Notes: generated from the sequence alone by a model not told the origin. 41,070 nucleotides of DNA from an uncultured delta proteobacterium (GCA_903930515.1 CAIYYW010000091.1:1-41070), one strand, 5' to 3'; positions 9,281 to 19,415 are shown, counted from the first letter of the stretch. A program made the numbers and translations.

Positions 9281-10366
9281 ATGGATCAGACCAGCTTGAA
9301 CAGCGCGCTGCAGATGGTGGAAAAATTCAGCGAGCGCGAATTGGCGGGAAAAGCCCTGGAGCTGGACCAATACCCGGCCAAGGGTTTCTCCCAGGAGCTC
9401 CTGGACCAGGCAAGCGGGATCGGATTGTTTTCTTTCCTTTTGCCCGAAGACCAGGGAGGGATCGCCGGAAGCCCGGAACAACTCGCGCTCCTGCTGGAGG
9501 TGATCGCGCAAAGGGAAGCGGGGTTTGCCGCATTGGTTCTGGCGCATAGCCTGGCCTGCAATTTTTTGGCGCAAGCTCAAAGAGAAATTCCGGCCGATAA
9601 AATTCTCTCCTTCCCGGTTTATCTTGATCCCGAAAACCTGGAAGAACACAGCCTGAATTCGGAAAAATCTTCGGACGGAAAAATCAAGGTCTCGGGCCGG
9701 CTCCGGAACCTGATCGGGGGAGGGATCGCGGAGAGCGCGCTGGTTCCGGTCCTGGAGCCGGAGGGGATCAGTTGGTTCTTGCTCAAACTTTCCCAGGCCG
9801 GAATCAGGAAAGAGAATCTGCCCCTCACGCTGGGATTGAGGACCGCTTTGCATACCGACCTGGTCCTGGAAAAAATTGAACTGTCGGAATCCGCTCGGAT
9901 CGGCAAAGCCGGATCGGGAAAAGAGGCGGTCAGCTCCGCCTATTTCCGTTTCTATCCCGCGGCGAGCGCGATCCTGATCGGTCTGATCGCGGGCTCGGCC
10001 CGGAGCGCGATCAAGTACGGGTTGGAGCGGTACCAGGGCGGGGAGATGATTGCGGATTATCAGCAGATCCGTTTTTATTACGGAGAGATGCTGGCCGGGT
10101 ATTACAGCCTGAAAGCGGGCCTGGAAAAAATTTGCGGGGATGCTCCCGCGGATCAATCAAGCCGGATCGCCTTGAAAGCGATGTCCGGGAATATCGCGGT
10201 GCAGGCCGCAATGGACGGGGTCCAGATGCTGGGCGGATACGGGTATATGCACGATTACGGCCAGGAAAAAAGGATGCGAGACGCCGGCCAGGCCGAGAAA
10301 CTGTTGGGCGCGGGCAGACGGCTCACGGTTTCTCTGGCGGATATTTTCACCAAGGGCTTGAGCTAG
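9281..10366 (+). CDS. Acyl-CoA dehydrogenase family protein (degenerate)
   Basis: LPEDQGG and C-terminal VQMLGGYGYMHDYGQEKRMRDA. The TEPxAGSD and IYEG motifs are missing. Confidence 0.8.
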   Translation: MDQTSLNSALQMVEKFSERELAGKALELDQYPAKGFSQELLDQASGIGLFSFLLPEDQGGIAGSPEQLALLLEVIAQREAGFAALVLAHSLACNFLAQAQREIPADKILSFPVYLDPENLEEHSLNSEKSSDGKIKVSGRLRNLIGGGIAESALVPVLEPEGISWFLLKLSQAGIRKENLPLTLGLRTALHTDLVLEKIELSESARIGKAGSGKEAVSSAYFRFYPAASAILIGLIAGSARSAIKYGLERYQGGEMIADYQQIRFYYGEMLAGYYSLKAGLEKICGDAPADQSSRIALKAMSGNIAVQAAMDGVQMLGGYGYMHDYGQEKRMRDAGQAEKLLGAGRRLTVSLADIFTKGLS

Positions 10367-10370
10367 AAAA

Positions 10371-13319
10371 TTATTCCCCGGCAAACTCCAGCCGGAGCGT
10401 CAACACCTGTCCGGGTTCCATCGCCGCGGAAAAGCGGTTCCCCTGAAATCCCATTTTGGAAATCGGCTTGCCGTCCGAGCGCGCGAGATATACCGCGCTC
10501 AACTTTTTGCCGGGATTAAGCTCAATTTTCAAATCGGTTTTTTCCCCGGAAGTTTCCCAGAGCCGAAGCGCGAGCGTTGAATCATTCTCCGGCCAGGCAT
10601 TGACCAGCATCACCGAGGCGGGACTGATTTTAATCAGGCGGGAAATCCGTTTTTGATTGAACGACCAACTGAACTGCATGGCCTTGGCCCGAGCCTCGGC
10701 ATCGCTCCCGGCCGGGAAGCTGGTGAGCGCGCTGTGAAACCAATTATCCCGATCCAAATCCGCCCCCAGCCCGATTTTCCCCCAAACCGTCCAGCCGATC
10801 GCCAGATGATAAAACTCTCCGCCCAACACCCCCTTCTCCGGACCTTTTTCCAGCGGTCCAGGAACCGCGGCGCCGCTCTCCCGGGAAGCGAACGCCGCCG
10901 CGTAATCATCTCCTCTCAGCATCAAATAATTCCGGAACATCAGGTCCGGGGGCAATCCCTGCATCCACTGGAACGGGACCAGCGATGCGTTGATGCTGGG
11001 GAAGGGCGAGGTATTTTTCGCGGCCGGGATCAGGTCTCCAAGACCGAGCGGAGCGGCCGGGCTGAAGCTGAGCAGGTTGTAGCCCGCGTCATATTCAACC
11101 GGGACCGACGGGGAAAAATTCAAGGGATACCCGAACAAATGATCCACCCATTGCGGCATATTCCCGGAAAAATGCTGGACAAATTCAATCCGCTTTTCAT
11201 CGGAGGGAAGGATGATCTCCTGATTGAGGGTCAGCGGCTTTTTGCCCCGCATAAAAATCGCCCATACCAAAGATCGCAAAAACCCGGCCGGGATTTTAAG
11301 GTTGAAGGCCGCGGCAACGAATTTGGACAACGGCTCCGCCCCGTCAATGGAGCAATCAATCCGGCCTTCAATCCTGATTGAGGCTCTTTTCGGACCCGCT
11401 GCCCCCAGCCGCGCCTTGACCGATTTGAATCCGGGCTTGACCTTCAAATAATCCCGAAGGCCCGCCTCCTCTCCCCGAACCGCGAGCAGATATTGATTGA
11501 GCTGATACTTCGCCCCCGGCCGGACCAATTCTTTTTTCAACTCCTTGTCAATCAAGCTTTTGATCCCGCCGGTTTTCGCGTCCACTTGAATTTTATAAAA
11601 CATGTTCTCAAGGATGAAGTCCGGGCCTTGCGAAAATGCCCTGGCCGCTTCCGCCGTGGATGGGATCGCGGCCGGGCTTGCTCCCGCTCCGCTGACCGCC
11701 TCGGCCAAAACCGAGTTCCCGGTCTCAGTCATCAGGCCGATCCAGTCCCGCCTGGTCCGCTTCCAGTCCTTCATATCCTGCGCGGTATAGTTCAGTCCGC
11801 CGAACGGCACCGGCATCGGGTTATGGTCGTTGTTGAGGATCAGCGGCCGATATCCCTCCCAGAGCCTCGGGATCGGATTAAATATTTTTCCCCCGGCCAA
11901 AAACTTATCCGCCAGCGCGATCCCCGCGGAGGTCGCCATCCGCTCGAACTCCCTTTGCTTCATCTCTTTCTGCGGGTCCACCTGCATCATACTGACAAAA
12001 ATCTGCTCTCCCCAGAACCCGGGCATCTCGCCCCGGATCACCGGAATCTGTCCGGACCAATTCTTTTCCGCGTATTCAAAAAATTCGCCGGGGGTGGAAA
12101 CGATCATCTCCGGCCAGGTCCATTGCTCATTCCATTTTTTCGCAAGCGCGGAAGGCGCGATATTCTGCGGCTGGTTGTCCCCGCCCAGCGCGGGATAAAA
12201 CGGGAGCAAATACGCGTCATAGGGATAGGGCCAGCTCGCGCCGAAAAAGTCGTAATGCTCGGCGATGGTCCGGTTGGGGAATCCATCTTCCAGCGATTTC
12301 AAATGCCGGCTCGCCAAATTCTCCATCTCCGCGAACGCGGCCTCGGCAAATGGCGGCATCAGTCTCATTTTGAAATCATAATTCTCGCCGTACCCGTTTA
12401 AATGGGCGGTGTGCCAGACCAATATTTTCTCCGGGCCTTTCGGAGCCGTCAGGTAAAACAAAGGCGGAACCGCGTACCGGGCGTCATTCGGCCCGACCAT
12501 CAAATATTTCACGCCCGCATTGGAAAGCGGCTTGACCACCCCGGAGAAATCAAACACATCGTGGATGCAGGCGACCGAGAGCGGGACTTTCAAGGCATCG
12601 GCGATTTTCAAGCCCGGAAGGACCGAGGCAAAGCTCGCCTCGTCCGGCATAAACTTGTTCTGATGAGAAATATAAAAAGCGCCCAGTTCAATATTTTTTT
12701 CCCGGATCGCTCTCCGCAAATTTTCTTTCTCGGGGTCGGGGATCTCCTTGCTGTTCAAGAATTCGTCCACGGCCCAACTCACTTCCGTGAAGAGCTTGAA
12801 CCGGCTCATCTCCGGATAGTTCCGGGTCTGTTCAATCAACTGCAGCTCCAACTTCAAGTTGGAAAGGTTCTGCGTCAGCACCTTTTGCTGGGACTGGGTA
12901 AAACCGATGTCGGTGTGGGTGAACGGCGCCAGAAAAATTTTCCAGGGACGGACCGGCTTCAGATCAATTTTCCCTTGACCGATTATTTTTTTACCGGCAT
13001 CCAAGACTTGGATTTCCATCGGGCAACTGCCTTTCTGACAGGCCGGGACCAAAAAGGAAATCTCCCCCGGGGCTTGCGGGAATGGTTTAATTTCTTCAAT
13101 GGTTCCGGTCTCGGTTTTTGCCCGGACCATAACCTGGTCCGGAAAAATTGCGCCGGAACCGATCTTGATCAACTGCCTGAGCTCCCCGGATTCCATCCTG
13201 GCGAAAACGGTTTGCTCAATGGTCAAGTTTTCCTGCGAGCGTCCCGGCCTGGAATCCAAAAGTAATAAGCAGATCAGGCTTATCCCGAGAATCGCGGCCA
13301 AGACCGATTTCTTTTTCAT
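10371..13319 (-). CDS. Exported glycoside hydrolase family 38-like (alpha-mannosidase-like) protein
   Basis: Signal peptide, THTDIGFT, GDN, WNEQWTWPEMIVSTPGEFF, LENMFYKIQVDAKTGGIKSLIDK and C-terminal LRLWETSG; the motif order is typical of GH38. Confidence 0.7.
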   Translation of the reverse strand: MKKKSVLAAILGISLICLLLLDSRPGRSQENLTIEQTVFARMESGELRQLIKIGSGAIFPDQVMVRAKTETGTIEEIKPFPQAPGEISFLVPACQKGSCPMEIQVLDAGKKIIGQGKIDLKPVRPWKIFLAPFTHTDIGFTQSQQKVLTQNLSNLKLELQLIEQTRNYPEMSRFKLFTEVSWAVDEFLNSKEIPDPEKENLRRAIREKNIELGAFYISHQNKFMPDEASFASVLPGLKIADALKVPLSVACIHDVFDFSGVVKPLSNAGVKYLMVGPNDARYAVPPLFYLTAPKGPEKILVWHTAHLNGYGENYDFKMRLMPPFAEAAFAEMENLASRHLKSLEDGFPNRTIAEHYDFFGASWPYPYDAYLLPFYPALGGDNQPQNIAPSALAKKWNEQWTWPEMIVSTPGEFFEYAEKNWSGQIPVIRGEMPGFWGEQIFVSMMQVDPQKEMKQREFERMATSAGIALADKFLAGGKIFNPIPRLWEGYRPLILNNDHNPMPVPFGGLNYTAQDMKDWKRTRRDWIGLMTETGNSVLAEAVSGAGASPAAIPSTAEAARAFSQGPDFILENMFYKIQVDAKTGGIKSLIDKELKKELVRPGAKYQLNQYLLAVRGEEAGLRDYLKVKPGFKSVKARLGAAGPKRASIRIEGRIDCSIDGAEPLSKFVAAAFNLKIPAGFLRSLVWAIFMRGKKPLTLNQEIILPSDEKRIEFVQHFSGNMPQWVDHLFGYPLNFSPSVPVEYDAGYNLLSFSPAAPLGLGDLIPAAKNTSPFPSINASLVPFQWMQGLPPDLMFRNYLMLRGDDYAAAFASRESGAAVPGPLEKGPEKGVLGGEFYHLAIGWTVWGKIGLGADLDRDNWFHSALTSFPAGSDAEARAKAMQFSWSFNQKRISRLIKISPASVMLVNAWPENDSTLALRLWETSGEKTDLKIELNPGKKLSAVYLARSDGKPISKMGFQGNRFSAAMEPGQVLTLRLEFAGE

Positions 13320-13395
13320 CTCCCCTGCCCTTCCTATTGAATTTCTATTTCTTTTCCGAGTTCAATCACCCGGAGCCGGATCTTGCCCCCAACCA

Positions 13396-13550
13396 TCAAT
13401 TTTTCCAGCGCCCCGGGATCAGCTGTAAGTAGCCGGAGTTTTCCTTGAAATCGCCCGCGGACTTGATCCAGTCGGCCCGCAGCGAGGGGCGAAGATAGAC
13501 GGTAATCGTATAGAGAGAAATTCCTGAAAATCCTTCAGTTCCACTTTCAA
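13396..13550 (-). pseudogene. Possible frameshifted gene remnant
   Basis: MKVELKDFQEF and YTITVYLRPSLRADWIKSAGDFKENSGYLQLIPGRWKN lie in two frames joined at a TCTCTCT run, with gene-like GC3 codons. I recognise no family. Confidence 0.25.
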
Positions 13551-13644
13551 TCAGTTTAATCCGGGATCCCGCTGAAAGTCAATGCAAAAATCCGCGGGAT
13601 CGGGCCATCCGCGGTGATCCGGGCGGGGAGGGGGCGGCAATTCT

Positions 13645-13672
13645 TTGCAATCAAATTAAATCCCGATATAAT
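13645..13672 (+). promoter_or_regulatory. Sigma70-type promoter
   Basis: TTGCAA-16 bp-TATAAT upstream of SD AGGAGG and TTG 13705. Confidence 0.55.
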
Positions 13673-13704
13673 TCTAAAAAGCCGGGTTAAGATAGGAGGA
13701 TCAA

Positions 13705-14229
13705 TTGGCTACTGAAGATTTTAAGGAGAAATTATTGGATTTCTGGGACCGGGTCAAGGAACTCGCGGGAACGGCCTGGGAAGAAATCGTGGACCGGTCT
13801 CTGGATTTATGGGACAGCTTCCGGCGCCTGGATCAAAGACTCCAGATCGGGATCGCCGGCGGGGCGGGCCTGGTGATCCTGCTGGCCATCCTGATCCCGC
13901 TGATTTACACCCCCGGGCTGGACCTGATCGCGGTTCAAAACACCTCCGGGGTTCTAGGCGAAGGCAATTACATCACGGTCAAGAATAATTCCGACAAAAC
14001 CTACCAGGACCTGAACCTGATCCTGGATGACAAGTATATTTATTATGTCGAGAAGATCGCCCCGGACGACCAGATAAAACTGCTGAGCAGGGATTTCCAT
14101 TACCGGCTGGCCCATAACGAGTTCGGGGAGGCGGCGGGGAAGGATTTGGTGGGAGAGAAGCTGAAGGTGATCTGCCGGCAGGGAGAGACGGAAGTGATGC
14201 TGGTGGAAAAGAAAGGTTTTTTCCAGTGA
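13705..14229 (+). CDS. Hypothetical single-pass membrane protein
   Basis: TTG start with a strong SD, an amphipathic N-terminus, one TM (IGIAGGAGLVILLAILIPLIY) and a beta-rich C-terminal domain. Confidence 0.7.
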   Translation: MATEDFKEKLLDFWDRVKELAGTAWEEIVDRSLDLWDSFRRLDQRLQIGIAGGAGLVILLAILIPLIYTPGLDLIAVQNTSGVLGEGNYITVKNNSDKTYQDLNLILDDKYIYYVEKIAPDDQIKLLSRDFHYRLAHNEFGEAAGKDLVGEKLKVICRQGETEVMLVEKKGFFQ

Positions 14230-14312
14230 TGGAGATGCCCGAACCGGGCGGGGATCATTGCGGAGTATTTTTCGAGAGAACCGTTTTCAAGGCTTGAGGC
14301 GAGAGGGAAAAG

Positions 14313-16925
14313 ATGGTTGAAATCGAAGCTTACTACAGAAGAATAATCAGTTGGATCTCGTTCACCACCTTGATCGGGGTGGTTGTGATCACCATCTATG
14401 CCGTCACCGTGATTCCTTCCCTGGCGGTGAGCCGGGCGCTGATTATATACGCGGTGGGAGTGGGCGTGGGCGGAATCCTGCCCTTTATTCTGCTCCATTA
14501 CCTGGTGATCCATCAACGGCTGAAACGGGTGGAAAGGTATCTGAACGGAGAGGATGAATCCGGGCCGGAAGTTTTGGAGATGATCCTGCGATTCCCTCTG
14601 ATCCAGCCCACGATCGGGTTCGGACTATGGGCCGTGGGGGGCCTGTTCGCGGTGCTGGGCACTTTAATCCCCTCCCTGGGAAGGTTCGCCACGGTGGATA
14701 TGTTCCTGCTCTGGGTCGGAGTGGTGCTGGGAGCCGCGGTGATCTGGATTTTCCAATTCTACAAGTTCCGGGTGATCTTGGCGCCCCTGGCCCAGGAAAT
14801 CGTGAGAAAAGATCCCAAAATTTTTGAACCCGTTCTCCAGGAAATCAAGTCGTTTTCCCTCCAGAAAAGCCTGCTGGTGACCGTGGCGCTCCTGCTCCTG
14901 GTGTCCTTCCTGTTCGCCATGCTCAGCGGCTACCGCCAAGCCGCGGCCAACCTCCAGGAATGGCTGGGGGGAACTTTCCTCGAGGAAGTGGAATCCATGT
15001 CGGTATCTCTCAACGATCTGGATTTTTCCAACCCCGCGGATGTGGCAACCGCGGCCAACTCGCTTGCCCCTTATGTATCCACGGGCAAGCGAAACCTTTA
15101 CCTGGTGAGCGTTGACGAGAAAAACCTCACCGATCTCCTGAGCGGAACCACCCCGCCCTTCCCGCGCATCGTATTTGACGGCATTCTCCGCCTGAGCGGA
15201 GATAAAAATAAGGGCAACGAATATACCTTTGATAATTATGACAACGAAATTATGGCCTTTAAGGAGATCAGCTATCAAACCGCGGCGGGCAAAAGCCAGC
15301 GGGTTTTCCTGATCGCCTCTTATCCCTGGAGCAACTACAAGGGTCATCTGAAAAAATTGATTTATTACTTCGTCGCGATGTTCGTCCTGTTCGGAGGCCT
15401 GGCCAGCTCGGTCGCGATCAGCTTGGCCCGGAACCTGACCAGCCCGCTCTTGAGTTTGACCGAGGCCACCCAGCGTCTGGCCAAGGGGGAGTTGCAGGAG
15501 GAAATCTATCATATCTCCAACGACGAGTTGGGCGAGCTGGCCTTAAACTTCCGGAAGATGAGCCTGAGCCTGAAGCAGATGATTATGCAGACCAACGCGG
15601 TGATCGGGGGTATGGAGCACGCGATTGAGAACATCGGGGAGGCGAGCAAGAAGGTCAACCAGGGCGCCACGGTCCAGGAGAACGCGATTGAGGAAGTGTT
15701 CACGGCGATGATGGAAGTGAATACCACCTTGAACGGGATCAGCGAGAATGTGGAGACCCTGAGCCTGGCTTCGCAGGAAAGCGCCAGCTCTATTTTTCAA
15801 AATGTAAGCTCGATGAAGAAGATTTTTGAGAGTATGGAAGGGCTGGACCGGTCCATCAATGACACCTCCAGTTCGATCAACGAGATGACAGTGGCGATCG
15901 AGCAGGTGGCGAACAATGTCACCAACCTGAGCGCGATCGCGGAAGAAACCGCGAGCAGTATGTCGCAGATGGACAAGGCGATCGGGCAGATCGAGCAGTT
16001 CGCGAACGAGACCGCGGGCCTGAGCGAGGCGGTGATCAAGGACGCGGAGGAGGGTGCGAAATCGGTGGACTCGGCGCTCCAGGGCATCCACCAGATCGCG
16101 GAGGTGGTGAACCACGCGCAGGAAGTGATCACGCGGCTGGGAAAGCGGGCCGCGGATATCGGCAAGATCGTCCGGGTGATTGATGAAGTGTCCAGCCAGA
16201 CCAACCTGCTGGCGTTAAACGCGGCGATCATCGCGGCGCAGGCCGGGGAGCACGGGAGAGGGTTCGCGGTGGTCGCGGACGAGATCAAGCAGTTGGCGGA
16301 ACGGAGCGCGGGCTCGGCCCGGGAGATCACCCAGTTGATCACCGCGGTTCAAAAAGAATCCAACGAGGCGGTGTTGGCGATCCAGGACGGAACCAGGTCG
16401 GTGGCGGGCGGGGTGGCATTGAGCGAGCAGGCGCGGGCGGCCCTGGACAAGATTCTGGAGAGCAGCCAATTGGCCACCGGCCGGGTGAAGGAGATCGCCC
16501 GGACCACCATCGAGCAGGCCAGCTCCAGCCGCCAGATCAGCAAGGCGATGGAGCAGGTGGCTGATATGGTGAGCCAGATTTCCATCGCCACCACCGAGCA
16601 GAGCCGGGGCGGGGCGCTGGTGCTCAAGGCTTCGGAACAGATGAAGGAAACCAGCAAGTTCGTCCGCAAGACCACCCAGGAGCAGAACGAGTCTTCAAAA
16701 CTGGTAAGCAAGTCTATTGAGAACATCACGGATATGCTCACCAACATCAACACCGCTCAGAAGGAACAGAAAAAGGCCTCGGAGCAGGTGGTGCATCTGA
16801 TGGAGCGGATCCGCCAGATCAGCCAGGAATCGGTGGAGAGCACGGCCCGTCTGGACCAGGTGATCAAGCGGCTGGAAGAAGAGGCGGACCGGCTGAAGAC
16901 CCAGATCAGCCAGTTCCAAGTCTGA
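14313..16925 (+). CDS. Methyl-accepting chemotaxis protein (multi-TM, HAMP, long signalling domain)
   Basis: About 6 TMs, a HAMP domain ([16 protein letters not shown]...DELGELA) and the hairpin tip [34 protein letters not shown]. Confidence 0.93.
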   Translation: MVEIEAYYRRIISWISFTTLIGVVVITIYAVTVIPSLAVSRALIIYAVGVGVGGILPFILLHYLVIHQRLKRVERYLNGEDESGPEVLEMILRFPLIQPTIGFGLWAVGGLFAVLGTLIPSLGRFATVDMFLLWVGVVLGAAVIWIFQFYKFRVILAPLAQEIVRKDPKIFEPVLQEIKSFSLQKSLLVTVALLLLVSFLFAMLSGYRQAAANLQEWLGGTFLEEVESMSVSLNDLDFSNPADVATAANSLAPYVSTGKRNLYLVSVDEKNLTDLLSGTTPPFPRIVFDGILRLSGDKNKGNEYTFDNYDNEIMAFKEISYQTAAGKSQRVFLIASYPWSNYKGHLKKLIYYFVAMFVLFGGLASSVAISLARNLTSPLLSLTEATQRLAKGELQEEIYHISNDELGELALNFRKMSLSLKQMIMQTNAVIGGMEHAIENIGEASKKVNQGATVQENAIEEVFTAMMEVNTTLNGISENVETLSLASQESASSIFQNVSSMKKIFESMEGLDRSINDTSSSINEMTVAIEQVANNVTNLSAIAEETASSMSQMDKAIGQIEQFANETAGLSEAVIKDAEEGAKSVDSALQGIHQIAEVVNHAQEVITRLGKRAADIGKIVRVIDEVSSQTNLLALNAAIIAAQAGEHGRGFAVVADEIKQLAERSAGSAREITQLITAVQKESNEAVLAIQDGTRSVAGGVALSEQARAALDKILESSQLATGRVKEIARTTIEQASSSRQISKAMEQVADMVSQISIATTEQSRGGALVLKASEQMKETSKFVRKTTQEQNESSKLVSKSIENITDMLTNINTAQKEQKKASEQVVHLMERIRQISQESVESTARLDQVIKRLEEEADRLKTQISQFQV

Positions 16926-16932
16926 GCCGGAG

Positions 16933-17208
16933 ATGGAGCCGGAAGTCCTGGTCTCGGAATTGAGGCAGGCGTTGGAAAAATTGGGAGTGGAGGTTCGGGA
17001 GCAGAACCTGGAATCCGAGTCGGGAAAAGCGAAAAGCGGTCTGGTCCGAATCCGGGATCAAAAAGCGGTCCTGCTCGATCAGGCCCTGTCTCTGGAAGAA
17101 AAGATCAAAATCCTGACCTTGATCCTGAAGGAATTTGACCTGGAGGGAATATACCTCTCCCCTTTTTTAAGAAAATGGCTTGAGGGTGGAAATGAGAAAA
17201 AGCCTTAA
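16933..17208 (+). CDS. Small conserved-looking hypothetical protein
   Basis: SD GGAG, operonic spacing, and sequence LEKLGVEVR...SGLVRIR...IYLSPFLR. Function not recognised. Confidence 0.7.
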   Translation: MEPEVLVSELRQALEKLGVEVREQNLESESGKAKSGLVRIRDQKAVLLDQALSLEEKIKILTLILKEFDLEGIYLSPFLRKWLEGGNEKKP

Positions 17209-18196
17209 GAAGGAATATCAGAAGCTGGCAAGCCGGCTGGGCCGGTTTGATCAAGCCCGGGTGTTGGTGGTCGGGGATTTGATGCGCGACATCTTCATCT
17301 GGGGCAAGGTGAAAAGGATCAGCCCGGAGGCCCCGGTGCCGGTGGTGGAAGTGGAGCGGGAAACCGCGATGCTGGGCGGGGCGGCCAATGTGGTGAACAA
17401 TTTGATCGCGCTCGGGGCGAAGATTCACCTGGCCGGGGTGGTGGGCGAAGACGCAGCGGGAGCGGCGATCCTTAAGGAACTCCAGGAACGGGGAGTCGGG
17501 GTTGAAGCCGTGGCGGTGGAGCAAAACCGTCCCACCACGGTCAAGACCCGGGTGATCGCGCACAGCCAGCAGATCGTCCGGGTGGACCGGGAGGTGCGCA
17601 AGCCGATCCAGCCGGAGAGCCGGGCTCAAATCATAAAGGCGCTCCGAAAAATTTTGCCGGAAATAGACCTGATCCTGATCTCGGATTACGCCAAGGGAGT
17701 AATCAGCCGCGAGCTGACCCGCGGGTTCTTCCCGGCCGCCCGCCGGCTGGGGAAAAAAATCCTGATTGATCCCAAGCTGGCCAACCTTGCCAGCTATCGG
17801 GGCGGAAACATCATCACCCCCAATCACCTGGAAGCCGGCCAGATCGCGCGGTTTGAGGTGGAGAGCGATCAGGAAGTGGAGCGGGCCGGAAGGATTATCC
17901 TGAAGGAGCTCGGGATGGACGCGGCGCTGATCACCCGGGGAGAGCGCGGGATCAGCCTGATTGAGCGGGATAAACTCCCCCGTCATATCCCGACCGAGGC
18001 GAAGGAAGTTTATGATGTCACCGGCGCCGGCGATACCGTGATCAGCGCGCTGGGAGTGACCCTGGCCTCGGGAATGGACCTGTATTCCGCGACCGTGATC
18101 GCCAATTTGGCCGCGGGCATCGGCGTTTCCAAGCTGGGAACCTCGGTGGTGAGCAGGGCGGAACTGCAGGAGGCGCTCCGGAACGGCGGACTGTGA
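17192..18196 (+). CDS. rfaE1: D-glycero-beta-D-manno-heptose-7-phosphate kinase (stand-alone RfaE1/HldA, PfkB family)
   Basis: RISPEAPVPVV, GGAANV, SDYAKG, ITPNHLEA and DVTGAGDTV. There is no adenylyltransferase domain. Start set to ATG 17192. Confidence 0.93.
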   Translation: MRKSLKKEYQKLASRLGRFDQARVLVVGDLMRDIFIWGKVKRISPEAPVPVVEVERETAMLGGAANVVNNLIALGAKIHLAGVVGEDAAGAAILKELQERGVGVEAVAVEQNRPTTVKTRVIAHSQQIVRVDREVRKPIQPESRAQIIKALRKILPEIDLILISDYAKGVISRELTRGFFPAARRLGKKILIDPKLANLASYRGGNIITPNHLEAGQIARFEVESDQEVERAGRIILKELGMDAALITRGERGISLIERDKLPRHIPTEAKEVYDVTGAGDTVISALGVTLASGMDLYSATVIANLAAGIGVSKLGTSVVSRAELQEALRNGGL

Positions 18197-18873
18197 TGGC
18201 GAGCGAAGCAGATCTGAAAAATTTTTTAGACCTCCAGGGGATCGGCCTGTTCGCCGCGGGCCCGATCCGGGAAATCAAAAAGGATTTCTCCTTAACCCGT
18301 GAGATGAGCCTGGAAAAAATTGATTTCGCGGTTTCCCTGGCGGTCCCGCTTCCGGGCGCGTCCCTGGAAGGCATCTCGGACCGGCCCACCCTGCTCTACA
18401 AACATATTTACCGACAGGCCAACAACCTTTTGGACCGGGCGGCATTATTGCTTTGCTTATGGCTTTCGCAAGCCGGTCATCAAGCGATCCCGGTCCCGGC
18501 CAGCCAGATCCTTGACTGGGAAAAAAACCTGGCCCATCTCTCGCATCGGCAGGTTGCGGAAAAACTCGGAATGGGATTTTACGGAAGGAATAACTTGCTG
18601 GTGGCGCCGGGATTCGGCTCGCGGGTCAGGCTGGCCACCGTGCTTATGGATTGGGAAATGGAAATCCCGGGACCGGCTTCGGGAAAACAACTCGGATGCG
18701 GGACCTGCCAAAAATGCGTCCCGGTCTGCCCGGTTTCCGCCATCCATACCGGGCCGCAGGATTTCGACCGGAGCGCCTGCTTCGGCAAAGTGAAAGGATT
18801 TGAAAAGATCAGAGGGATCGGCATGGGCATCTGCGGCATCTGCGTCAAAGCCTGTTTGGGACCGGAAAGATGA
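18196..18873 (+). CDS. Epoxyqueuosine reductase (QueG)-like / reductive-dehalogenase-related 4Fe-4S protein
   Basis: SHRQVAEKLGMGFYGRNNLL, FGSRVRLATV, CxxCxxCxxxCP and CGICVKAC. TGATG overlap with rfaE1. Confidence 0.8.
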   Translation: MASEADLKNFLDLQGIGLFAAGPIREIKKDFSLTREMSLEKIDFAVSLAVPLPGASLEGISDRPTLLYKHIYRQANNLLDRAALLLCLWLSQAGHQAIPVPASQILDWEKNLAHLSHRQVAEKLGMGFYGRNNLLVAPGFGSRVRLATVLMDWEMEIPGPASGKQLGCGTCQKCVPVCPVSAIHTGPQDFDRSACFGKVKGFEKIRGIGMGICGICVKACLGPER

Positions 18874-19415
18874 GCAAGCCGGCGGAGTCCAAAAAAGTCA
18901 AACTGATCCTGAGCGCGATCTATTCGGACCGGCCGGCCTGGCTCTCGCTGCTGGAAGGGTTGGAGGAAAAATACGGCGGGATTGATTATTCAAGCAAGGA
19001 GATGGATTTCCATTACACCGGCTACTATGAAGAAGAGATGGGGGCGACCTTGGCAAGGGAGCTGGTCAGCTTTGCCCGCTTGATCCGGCCGGAAGATTTG
19101 TCCGGGATCAAACTCTTCACCAACCAGATGGAGCTTTCGCAAAGCAGGTCCGGCAAGCGCAAGGTCAACCTGGACCCGGGATTCCTCAGCCTGGACCAAA
19201 TGACCCTGGCCACCGGCAAGCCCGCTCCCCACCGAGTCTATCTGCGGGACGGGATCTGGGCCGACCTTCATCTGATCTATGAATCCGGGGGTTTCCAGCC
19301 CATGAACTGGACTTATCCCGACTACCGGAGCGAGAGTATCATCGGGGTGTTCAACCGGCTGCGGGAAGTTTTGAAACTAACTTTGAAAACCGGGGGTGAG
19401 CGCGATGCTGTCTAG
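18870..19415 (+). CDS. DUF4416 family protein
   Basis: YYEEEMG, RKVNLDPGFL, LATGK..HRVYL and WTYPDY. Confidence 0.85.
   Translation: MSKPAESKKVKLILSAIYSDRPAWLSLLEGLEEKYGGIDYSSKEMDFHYTGYYEEEMGATLARELVSFARLIRPEDLSGIKLFTNQMELSQSRSGKRKVNLDPGFLSLDQMTLATGKPAPHRVYLRDGIWADLHLIYESGGFQPMNWTYPDYRSESIIGVFNRLREVLKLTLKTGGERDAV

Noticed and set aside
18840-18873. Selenocysteine read-through in Cys-rich proteins (QueG-like, ArsM)
   Set aside because: All motif positions are Cys, and the TGA here overlaps the next ATG at a natural C-terminus.
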